The position numbers were made by a program, and so were the translations under genes. A DNA stretch of 64,000 nt from an uncultured Bacteroidaceae bacterium. Its GTDB lineage: Bacteria > Bacteroidota > Bacteroidia > Bacteroidales > GCA-2748055. Location: NCBI GenBank assembly GCA_964454295.1, contig CAYVTV010000001.1, positions 1,111 through 65,110 of the forward strand. The letters are read 5' to 3'. Under the pieces are notes generated by a model. The model searched no databases. It was not told where the DNA came from and worked only from the letters and a program-made list of their open reading frames with translations. Shown piece by piece: positions 19,765 to 27,342 of this stretch. Numbering within the stretch: the stretch's first letter is position 1; the number at the start of each line of letters is the position of its first letter.

Positions 19765-20913
19765 ATGAAAATCCTCTCCGTCGTCGGCGCCCGTCCCAAC
19801 TTCATGAAAATTGCCCCTTTTATACGGGCAATTTCCGTTTATAATGAAAAAGCTGATAAAAGGCAGGCTGTTGAACATATCCTGGTTCATACCGACCAGC
19901 ACTATGATGATAATATGTCGCGGGTATTTTTCAAAGACCTTTCCATACCAAAACCAGATATTAACCTAAGTATTGGTTCAGGAAGTCATGCAGAACAGGT
20001 GGGTAATACCATGATAGCCTTTGAAAAAGTATTGCGGGAACTAAAACCCGACTGGGTGGTAGTAGTGGGAGACGTAAATGCCACACTGGCCTGTTCAGTT
20101 ACCGCGAAAAAAGAACTGGTAAAATGTGCACATATCGAAGCCGGCTTGCGGAGCAGGGATATGAGCATGCCGGAAGAAATAAACCGGCTTGTTACCGACA
20201 ACCTGTGCGACCTGCTTTTTACTCCCGACCGCCTGTCAACACAAAACCTGCGCACTGAAGGTGTGCCGGAAGAAAAAATTAAGTTCGTTGGGAATATCAT
20301 GATCGATACCCTCGAATTGTACAGAGAAAAAGCAGGAATGAAAGACCTTAAGGAAATTGTCGGGAAAAGTATCAATACTAAAATCAACCCTCTTGAAATA
20401 AAAGATGAAAATTTTATGGTTACCACTCTTCACCGGCCTTCCAATGTAGATGTACCCGAAGTTCTCTCTGCCCTGGTTCATTTTTTCACCCAAACGGTCT
20501 CCGGTGATCTCCCACTGATCTGGCCTGTCCACCCCCGTACACGAAAACAACTGGAACTATTCGGGTTATGGGATACATTGTTCAGCTGTAAAAATATAAT
20601 CATTACCGAACCTCTTGGCTATCTTGATATGCTCCGCCTTAATATGGGGGCTAAAGCCATTCTCACCGACAGCGGCGGACTCCAGGAAGAATGCACCATC
20701 CTGGGTACCCCCTGCCTTACCCTCCGTTGGAATACCGAACGCCCGGTTACCCTTACCACCCACGGAGGGGCAAGCGTGCTTACCGGTAATGATATTAACC
20801 GGATAAAGGAGGAATTCCAAATAGCCCTAAATAAACAGCGTAAACCGGTGAGGCCGGAATTGTGGGACGGGAAGACGGCAGAAAGATGCCTTGAAGAAAT
20901 TGTCTCAAATTAA
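19765..20913 (+). CDS. wecB: UDP-N-acetylglucosamine 2-epimerase (non-hydrolysing)
   Basis: MKILSVVGARPNFMKIAPF..., HTDQHYD, GSGSHAEQ, VGDVNATLA and TDSGGLQEE are hallmark WecB motifs. Confidence 0.9.
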   Translation: MKILSVVGARPNFMKIAPFIRAISVYNEKADKRQAVEHILVHTDQHYDDNMSRVFFKDLSIPKPDINLSIGSGSHAEQVGNTMIAFEKVLRELKPDWVVVVGDVNATLACSVTAKKELVKCAHIEAGLRSRDMSMPEEINRLVTDNLCDLLFTPDRLSTQNLRTEGVPEEKIKFVGNIMIDTLELYREKAGMKDLKEIVGKSINTKINPLEIKDENFMVTTLHRPSNVDVPEVLSALVHFFTQTVSGDLPLIWPVHPRTRKQLELFGLWDTLFSCKNIIITEPLGYLDMLRLNMGAKAILTDSGGLQEECTILGTPCLTLRWNTERPVTLTTHGGASVLTGNDINRIKEEFQIALNKQRKPVRPELWDGKTAERCLEEIVSN

Positions 20914-20933
20914 ACCCGCATACTATCTTTGAA

Positions 20934-20964
20934 TTACGTAAACTACGTTACGTAAATTACGTAA
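20934..20964. repeat. Three copies of the palindromic octamer TTACGTAA immediately upstream of ORF 20966
   Basis: TTACGTAA occurs at 20934-41, 20948-55 and 20957-64. Confidence 0.8.
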
Positions 20965-20965
20965 T

Positions 20966-21154
20966 ATGAAAAACAGACTTAAGAATTCTTTTATTACAAC
21001 CGGATATATCAGCCCGGAGTATTTTTGTAACCGGCATAGTGAAACATCACGTCTGCTTTTTTATCTTAACTGGTTAATTATTCCTGTGTTGAATGAAGTA
21101 AACATTGAAATTACTACATTTGTTTCAAATGAACTCTACTATGATTTCCTTTAA
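20966..21154 (+). pseudogene. N-terminal remnant (~30 codons) of an ATPase-type gene, followed by unrelated sequence
   Basis: MKNRLKNSFITTGYISPEYFCNRHSETSRL resembles the N-termini of PF01637-like ATPases (F-x-N/D-R-x-x-E-x-x-x-L). The similarity is lost after about codon 30. Confidence 0.3.
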
Positions 21155-22175
21155 AACCGGGAATATTATTGAATCAAAGGCTGATATGCTGGTTAATACC
21201 GTGAACTCCAAAGGAGTCATGGGAAAAGGAATTGCGTTACAATTCAAAGAACATTACCCGGAAAATTTCAAATTATATAAAAGAGCCGTTGAAGAAGGAG
21301 TTGTAAAACCGGGAAAGGTATTTATAGCTAAAATTAACACCCCCCGGGGAGTAAAATACATCGCAAATTTTGCCACTAAAAACCATTGGCGCAATCCTTC
21401 AAGGGTAGAATGGATAAAATCAGGACTTGATGATCTTAAAAAGCAATTGCTTGAACTTCCTGTGAAATCAATAGCTATACCACCGCTGGGTTGCGGGCAC
21501 GGAGGCTTAAAGTGGGAAGTTGTTAAACCACTTATCGTTGATTCCCTGAAGGAAATGAATTTGGAAGTGATCATTCATGAACCCTCAACAATTAGTAAAG
21601 ACACTGCAAAACAAACAACAGTATCTGTTAAACCGAAACTGACTCCCGCACGGGCTATGCTTTTGTTCCTGCTTTATAAATACAGGGCGCTGGGAGAAGA
21701 CATTACTGAGTTTGCCGCTGAAAAACTGTGTTATTTTCTTTACAGGGCTGGGGAAACACAACTGAAACTTGATTTCCGGCCGGGTTACTATGGCCCTTAT
21801 TCAGGCAAAGTAAGGCATGTGCTTTATGCAATGAATGGATATTATTTAAAAGGATTTGAACAAAAAGATGCTAAACCCTTTGATCCGCTCGAGCTGATGG
21901 TTGATAAAAAAAATGAAGTTGATACGTATGTGCAGGAAAACCTCTCCCTTTTTGAAAAAGACAGACTCAATAAAGTGGCATCCCTCATAAATGGTTTTGA
22001 AACCCCTTACGGACTTGAATTACTGGCTACTGTGGATTACATTACGGCAAATAACAATACCAGGGATATCACATCTATTAAGAATACAATAAATGAATGG
22101 TCTGAACGCAAAAAAAATATGTTCACCGAAGACCATATTAAACTTGCATTGGATACGCTGTCCGGATTCTGTTAA
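21141..22175 (+). CDS. darG: DarG-like protein: N-terminal macrodomain (ADP-ribosyl glycohydrolase) plus a C-terminal antitoxin-type domain
   Basis: Macrodomain motifs are present: DMLVNTVNSKGVMGKGIALQFK, ATKNHWRNPS, IPPLGCGHGGL. The C-terminal half (KLCYFLYRAG...YYGPYSGKVRHVLY) resembles antitoxin adaptor domains. The likely start is the Met at 21141 within ORF 21105..22175. Confidence 0.7.
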   Translation: MISFKTGNIIESKADMLVNTVNSKGVMGKGIALQFKEHYPENFKLYKRAVEEGVVKPGKVFIAKINTPRGVKYIANFATKNHWRNPSRVEWIKSGLDDLKKQLLELPVKSIAIPPLGCGHGGLKWEVVKPLIVDSLKEMNLEVIIHEPSTISKDTAKQTTVSVKPKLTPARAMLLFLLYKYRALGEDITEFAAEKLCYFLYRAGETQLKLDFRPGYYGPYSGKVRHVLYAMNGYYLKGFEQKDAKPFDPLELMVDKKNEVDTYVQENLSLFEKDRLNKVASLINGFETPYGLELLATVDYITANNNTRDITSIKNTINEWSERKKNMFTEDHIKLALDTLSGFC

Positions 22176-22204
22176 TTCCCACGGGAAAACATACTGAGAA
22201 GTGA

Positions 22205-22348
22205 GTAGTTAGTTGAAAGTCGAAAGTTGAAAGTTGAAAGTGGGGCTAACTTTTAACTTTATAAACTTTCTACTTTTACTGATTCTACTGATCCACTCAA
22301 CCACTCAACCACCTCCATGGTCTATGGTCCATGGTCTATAGTCCACCA
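22205..22348. repeat. Composite short-tandem-repeat block: (AGTTGAAA)n, its inverted counterpart, (CCACTCAA)n and (CCATGGTCTAT)n
   Basis: agttgaaagtcgaaagttgaaagttgaaagt ... aacttttaactttataaactttc ... ccactcaaccactcaaccac ... catggtctatggtccatggtctatagtcc. Confidence 0.85.
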
Positions 22349-23094
22349 ATGAACCTCCTCATCGACATCGGCCACCCCGCCCACATTCATTATTACCGCA
22401 ATCTTGCCGCTGAACTGGAATTAAAAGGCCATAAAATGAGCTGGACAGTCAAGGATATACCGGTCGCCAAACATTTGCCTGACCATTATGGATTTTCCTA
22501 CACTGTTTTTCCTCAAAAGGTATTTTACCCTGTGAACCCTATTTTATCATGCGTTTCAATGCCTTTAAGGCACATAACGATACAGGAGTGAAAGGCCTGT
22601 CTCTCTCCAACAAAATACAACTCATTGATTTACTCAAACCATACGGGAAAATATTCATCACTACCGAAAGGAACATTGAAGCTGAATTAGAAGAATACCG
22701 GCTAAAAATAAGTCCCGAAAAAATCCACTCATTAATGGCCTTTGCCACCCTGTTTCTCGGCGACAGCCAGACCATGTCCTCCGAAGCCGCCGTACTGGGG
22801 ATTCCTTCCCTGAGATGCAACTCCTTTGCCGGACGTATTTCTTACCTGGAAGAGGAAGAACATAAATACGGATTAACATTCGGATTTAAACCCGAACAAT
22901 TCCCTGAAATGGTCATAAAGCTGAAAGAATTACTCTCCATGCCCAATCTGAAGGAAGAATTTCAGCAAAGGCGGCAAAACATGCTGGCGGATAAGATCGA
23001 TGTCACCTCATTCTGGCTGTGGTTTATTGAAAACTACCCTGAAAGCATATCCATGATTAAAGATGAAAATTCATTCTGGGAGAAATTCAGATAA
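22349..23094 (+). pseudogene. DUF354 paralog with an internal deletion of roughly 115 codons and a frameshift
   Basis: Codons 1-56 (MNLLIDIGHPAHIHYYRNLAAEL...TVFPQK) are in frame 2. They join at about 22520 to the C-terminal half (frame 1, 22525..23094), which is homologous to residues from about 172 onward of 17319..18410. Confidence 0.8.
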
Positions 23095-23290
23095 AACCCT
23101 CATGAACTTCCCCCGATCCCGTTTTCATCCGCCGTCCACGTGCTTTACTACGCTGAAGCTTCTCCTTCGTAGGTTTACTCCGGAGAGGGAGCTACGCGAG
23201 AGCGCAGTCGCTGAAGCTTTAGCGCCGCGTCTTCGGCAAGCCTTCGGCGGCCGAAGGGAGGCACAAACTTTAGCGTAGGTGGAGATAGTA

Positions 23291-23379
23291 TGATCCCTCT
23301 ACCTCCACTCGATCCCGTGATCCCGTGATAGCGTGATCCCTCTATTCACCCAACCACTCACCCACGTAACCACTCAATC
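23291..23379. repeat. Octamer brick block: (GATCCCGT/GATCCCTC)n followed by (CACCCAAC/CACTCACC/CACGTAAC/CACTCAAT)
   Basis: gatcccgtgatcccgtgatagcgtgatccctc ... cacccaaccactcacccacgtaaccactcaat, ending 1 nt before the wecB-fragment ATG. Confidence 0.8.
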
Positions 23380-23466
23380 ATGAAAATCCTCTCAGTCGTC
23401 GGCGCCCGTCCCAACTTCATGAAAATTGCCCCCTTTATCCGGGCAATTTCCGGTTATAATGAATAA
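23380..23466 (+). pseudogene. 5' fragment of wecB (28 codons then a stop)
   Basis: atgaaaatcctctcagtcgtcggcgcccgtcccaacttcatgaaaattgcc... is nearly identical to the first ~80 nt of wecB at 19765, then ends at a TAA. Confidence 0.85.
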
Positions 23467-23549
23467 AAAACACTAATTATGTTCATTATAAATATCAAAA
23501 TTAATCCAAAAAATCCCCACCCAAATCGCATTATGTTGCTATAAATTTA

Positions 23550-23557
23550 TATCTTTG
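23550..23557 (+). promoter_or_regulatory. Bacteroidota -7 promoter motif (TAnnTTTG)
   Basis: TATCTTTG lies 44 nt upstream of the ATG at 23601. Confidence 0.35.
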
Positions 23558-23600
23558 CTTTAAATGATCAGGATATTTAAAAGCAACACTTTAAATTATC

Positions 23601-24466
23601 ATGTATATCAGAAAACAAATATTGCAGGATGCCGGTAAAGAAAGTCTTTTTTTATGGGGCGCCCGGCAGACCGGTAAAAGCACTTTGTTAAAAAAAATGT
23701 TTTCTGATTCACTATGGTTTGATCTTTTGAACTTTTACGTGCGTTAACTCATGGCCTGATACCAAGGCATTATATTTCCAATCACCCGGAAAAATTGATT
23801 TCAGCATATATTGGTAATTATCTGCAGGAAGAGATCATCGCGGAAGCCAGAATAAGAAATATAAGTTCTTTTTCCCGTTTTCTTGAAATGGCTGCTTTTT
23901 CCAACGGAGAAATTGTAAACTACTCAAATATTGCCACTGACTGTGGCGTTAGTGCTCCTACTGTTAAAGAATATTTTCAGATACTCGAAGATACCCTTAT
24001 CGGAAGATTTCTTCCTTCTTTTCAAAAACAACCCAAACGCAGAGTAATTTTGGCGCCAAAGTTTTATTATTTTGATGTGGGGATAGCAAATTATCTGCTA
24101 AAAAGAAAAGTTGTTGAACCCGGCAACGAAGTTTTTGGGAAGGCTTTTGAACATTTTATTTTTCATGAGTTATATGCACATAGCAGCTATTCAGGACTCA
24201 ATTATCCGGTTAAGTTTTGGCGTACTGCATCCGGCATGGAGGTGGATTTCATCCTGGGGGATCATGAGGTTGCCATTGAAGTCAAAGCTACTGATAACGC
24301 AAATTTCCGTCACTTCAGGGGATTAAAAGCTTTTTCCGGTGAATACACAGTTAAAAAACAGATACTGGTAAGCAATGATCCTATGCCGCGTTTTACTGAG
24401 AATATTCTTATTCTTCCATGGAAGGAGTTTCTTGACAGATTGTGGGATGGGGAGATAATCGGATAG
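23601..24466 (+). pseudogene. AAA-ATPase (DUF4143-type) gene with an internal deletion and frameshift
   Basis: The N-terminal 45 codons carry the Walker A motif (GARQTGKSTLLKK) and end at a stop near 23745. The C-terminal part (frame 2, RALTHGLIPRHY...YIGNYLQEEI...EVDFIL) is ORF 23795..24466. The central ATPase core is missing. Confidence 0.75.
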
Positions 24467-24492
24467 GTCGGTGAGGGGAGGAAGTGATTACG

Positions 24493-24610
24493 TGGTTGAA
24501 AGACAAAGTTTGAAAGTTGAAAGTTACGTGGTTGAGTAATTGAGTAATTGAGTAATTGAGTAATTGAGTAATTGAGTAATTGAGTAATTTTACTCAGTAT
24601 ATTGAGTAAA
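24493..24610. repeat. Brick block containing (TTGAGTAA)x7 as a perfect tandem array
   Basis: gtggttgaaag...tttgaaagttgaaagttacgtgg, then TTGAGTAA x7 at 24532-24587, then the inverted unit ttactcag and one more ttgagtaa. Confidence 0.9.
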
Positions 24611-24619
24611 TTGTAAAGC

Positions 24620-25206
24620 ATGTTTGAACGTCAGGAAATAAAACTATTACATCAAAGGGTGAATGAACCCCGGAAATTTATACAGGTACTGATGGGGCCC
24701 CGACAGGTTGGGAAAACTACCCTGGTAACCTGACTACCTTGTCCCATTACCTTCACCTGCTTAATACGGCAGGTTTATTGGGAGGCCTGGAAAAATTTTC
24801 ACTTCACCCTGTCCGTAAGCGTTCATCCAGTCCCAAATTTCAGTTGCATAATACCGCCCTGCTGAGCGCCCAGAGAAGCACCCTGTTTAAAACTATACTG
24901 ACTGACCCGGCAGAATGGGGAAGAATTGTCGAGTCCTCCATCGGGGCATACCTCATTAACCAATCTGTCCGCTCCGGTTTTTCCCTTTATTATTACAGGG
25001 AAAGAAATGACGAGGTGGACTTTATCCTGCAATATGACCATAAAATTATCGCGCTGGAAGTAAAAAGTAACTATTCAGCTAATTATAATAAAGGTCTTGA
25101 AGCATTCAAACAAAAATTCCACCCCGTAAAAACATACCTCGTGGATAATAAAAACCTGCCCTGGAGCGAAGTCTTAAAAATTGATCCGATGGAATTGTTT
25201 TTGTAG
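24620..25206 (+). pseudogene. Second AAA-ATPase (DUF4143-type) gene with an internal deletion
   Basis: The N-terminal 37 codons (MFERQEIKLLHQRV...GPRQVGKTTLVT) end at a stop near 24731. ORF 24739..25206 encodes only the C-terminal DUF4143-like part (YYYRERNDEVDFIL...ALEVKS). Confidence 0.75.
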
Positions 25207-25208
25207 GG

Positions 25209-25358
25209 GGCTGTTTCATAAGTCAAAATATGTTCAACCACGAAGGACACAAAGGATAACACGAAGGTCGCAAAGTATTATATATCAGGCATGTATGCTT
25301 TGTGTCCTTGGTGTTATCCTTAGTGTCCTTTGTGGTTAAAGACACTTATGAGACAGCC
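25209..25358. repeat. Family-1 hairpin repeat, copy A (outward orientation, extended ~150-nt inverted repeat)
   Basis: ggctgtttcataagt...aaccacgaaggacacaaaggataacacgaagg pairs with ccttagtgtcctttgtggtt...acttatgagacagcc. Confidence 0.85.
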
Positions 25359-25495
25359 TCTGCAAGAAAACCCCTGGAATGACGATATGATAATCCGCCG
25401 AACAGAAACCGGCTCGTAATATCGATTGTTTTATTGAGGCGGAAAAGATAAAACTGATTTAAATAAATATACTTGATATATATACAAAAAAGATA

Positions 25496-25503
25496 TACCT
25501 TTG
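25496..25503 (+). promoter_or_regulatory. Bacteroidota -7 promoter motif (TAnnTTTG) for the antitoxin-toxin pair
   Basis: TACCTTTG lies 20 nt upstream of the ATG at 25523, in an AT-rich context. Confidence 0.45.
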
Positions 25504-25522
25504 TAATATAAAAATCTGGCTA

Positions 25523-25753
25523 ATGAAAACAGTTTCATTAAAAATAAACGATTCTATTTTCGGAGAGACAGAAAAAATTCTTTCCCGCATTAAAAAACCC
25601 CGTAACCGTTATATCAACGAGGCAATAGAGTACTATAATAAACTTCAGCGAAAACTGATCCTTGAAAAAAAGCTGAGAACAGAATCAGATATTGTAAGGA
25701 CTGATTCAATGTCTGTACTAAAAGATTTCGAGGAGATTGATTATGCAGGTTAA
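25523..25753 (+). CDS. Ribbon-helix-helix (CopG-like) antitoxin
   Basis: 76-aa ORF (KTVSLKINDSIF...RNRYINEAIEYYN) that overlaps the downstream PemK/MazF gene. Confidence 0.7.
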   Translation: MKTVSLKINDSIFGETEKILSRIKKPRNRYINEAIEYYNKLQRKLILEKKLRTESDIVRTDSMSVLKDFEEIDYAG

Positions 25754-26090
25754 ACAATTTGAGATCTGGATAGCAGATTTAAATCCACAGATTGGTACCG
25801 AACCTGGTAAATCCCGACCTGTTTTAACAATACAGACAAATTTGCTTAATAAGATCCCACACCCGTCGACAATAATTTGTCCGATTACAACAAATGTTAA
25901 AAAGGATACTGAAATTTTAAGAGTACATATTAAAAAAGGCATTGCAGGTCTTAATCAGGCCTGCGATATTATGATCGACCAGATCAGGGCAATAGATAAT
26001 AACCGGTTGACAAAACGCCTTGGTGTACTCCCTGATGAGTTAATCGAAAAAGTTAAGGAGAATATTCAAATTGTTCTTGATATTATATAA
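25737..26090 (+). CDS. mazF: PemK/MazF-family type II toxin (mRNA interferase)
   Basis: FEIWIADLNPQIGTEPGKSRPVLTIQTN...ICPITT...IMIDQIRAID matches the MazF/PemK pattern. Confidence 0.85.
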   Translation: MIMQVKQFEIWIADLNPQIGTEPGKSRPVLTIQTNLLNKIPHPSTIICPITTNVKKDTEILRVHIKKGIAGLNQACDIMIDQIRAIDNNRLTKRLGVLPDELIEKVKENIQIVLDII

Positions 26091-26872
26091 TGCCCGACTT
26101 CACCCTCAACACCTACCACACCCTCCTCACCGTCCTCCGCGCACAGGACTATTCCTTCCACCCCATGGAAGAGCTACCCTTTACCCTTCCCGGAAAGATC
26201 ATCGTCCTCCGTCATGATGTAGACCTCCGCCCGCACCGCGCCCTGCAGACCGCCCTCCTGGAAAACCGCCTCGGCATCAGCGGAACATACTACTTCCGCA
26301 TGGTGCCGCGATGTTTCAATACCGACATCGTGAAGCAAATCCGCGACCTCGGCCATGAAATAGGATACCACTACGAAGACCTTACCCTTACCAGGGGGAA
26401 TATCGATGCGGCTTACACATCTTTCTGCACCCATCTCAATACCCTGCGGCAGTACTACCCGGTAAAAACCGCCGCCATGCACGGCAGTCCCGCCAGCCGC
26501 CACGACAGCCGCGATATATGGACATCATACAGCTACCGCGATCAGGGCATCATCTGCGAACCCTACTTCGATACCGACTTCAGCAAGGTACTCTACCTTA
26601 CCGACACCGGCCGCCGCTGGGACGGATGGAAAGTGAACGTGCGCGATAAAATCACTGGAAAAGAATATGGCCGCGACAACAATATATCCTTCCGCTCCAC
26701 CCGCCATATCATCGCCGCCGCCAACGCCCTCACCCTCCCCGATAAGATCATGTTCAACATCCACCCCCAACGCTGGACCGGCAAACCCCTGCCGTGGATG
26801 AAAGAACTGATCCTGCAGAATGCAAAGAATATAATAAAAAGAGTAATCATCTCCCTTCGTGTTCCTTCGTGA
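26090..26872 (+). CDS. Polysaccharide deacetylase-like protein (CE4-superfamily-like)
   Basis: IVLRHDVDLRP...GISGTYYFR...GHEIGYHYEDL resembles deacetylase-fold proteins found in capsule loci. Its start ATG overlaps the mazF stop (TAATG). Its last codons run into hairpin repeat B. Confidence 0.5.
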   Translation: MPDFTLNTYHTLLTVLRAQDYSFHPMEELPFTLPGKIIVLRHDVDLRPHRALQTALLENRLGISGTYYFRMVPRCFNTDIVKQIRDLGHEIGYHYEDLTLTRGNIDAAYTSFCTHLNTLRQYYPVKTAAMHGSPASRHDSRDIWTSYSYRDQGIICEPYFDTDFSKVLYLTDTGRRWDGWKVNVRDKITGKEYGRDNNISFRSTRHIIAAANALTLPDKIMFNIHPQRWTGKPLPWMKELILQNAKNIIKRVIISLRVPS

Positions 26873-26934
26873 ATACCTTTGTGTACCTTCGTGGTTAAAC
26901 ACGTAATGAGGTTAACCACGAAGGAACACGAAGG
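26854..26934. repeat. Family-1 hairpin repeat, copy B
   Basis: ccttcgtgttccttcgtg...accttcgtggttaa / acacgtaatgag / gttaaccacgaaggaacacgaagg. Confidence 0.85.
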
Positions 26935-26943
26935 ATTTTTTTA

Positions 26944-26951
26944 TATCTTTG
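26944..26951 (+). promoter_or_regulatory. Bacteroidota -7 promoter motif (TAnnTTTG) upstream of the sugar transferase gene
   Basis: TATCTTTG lies 26 nt upstream of the ATG at 26977. Confidence 0.4.
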
Positions 26952-26976
26952 TTCTAATTAACCCTTAACCACCACC

Positions 26977-27342
26977 ATGAACCGCCGCCAGCTCATCATA
27001 TACACCCTGGACATAATCATACTCTCAGCATCCTACCTGCTGATGGCGGCATACAAGCCTTCCTCTATCCACTACCTCACCGACGAGTACCTCATAGCCT
27101 TCGTTTTCCTGCTGGTGGCATGGACCACCTCTTCCCTCTACTTCAACAAATACAGGATAAAGAAGAAACACGCCTTCACCCGGGTGTTGAAAAATATCCT
27201 GCTCCCGAATTTCATCTCTTCGGAACTATCGGCATCGCCACGCTCGCGGAACTATTCCTGGGAAACCTTTACTACCTGCTCATTAAATCCACCGGAAACG
27301 GCTTCCATCTTATCAACCCCCCTCCCAGCAACGCAGAGATAA
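26977..27342 (+). pseudogene. N-terminal TM segment of the initiating sugar transferase, in a different frame from the catalytic part
   Basis: The frame-1 ORF encodes two TM helices (LIIYTLDIIILSASYLLMAAY, YLIAFVFLLVAWTTSSLYF). Meaningful sequence ends near 27215, where frame 3 continues with a third TM helix. Confidence 0.55.

Noticed and set aside
20914-23100. Search for a DarT (DUF4433) toxin ORF next to the DarG-like gene, on either strand
   Set aside because: The only candidates are a 62-aa ORF that looks like an ATPase stub and an antisense 106-aa ORF (21254..21574) inside darG. Neither resembles DarT, so no toxin is reported.
23063-23278. 71-aa ORF 23063..23278
   Set aside because: It overlaps the end of the DUF354 pseudogene and then translates the GC-rich palindromic segment into an Arg/Ala/Pro-rich peptide. 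It is unlikely to be a gene.
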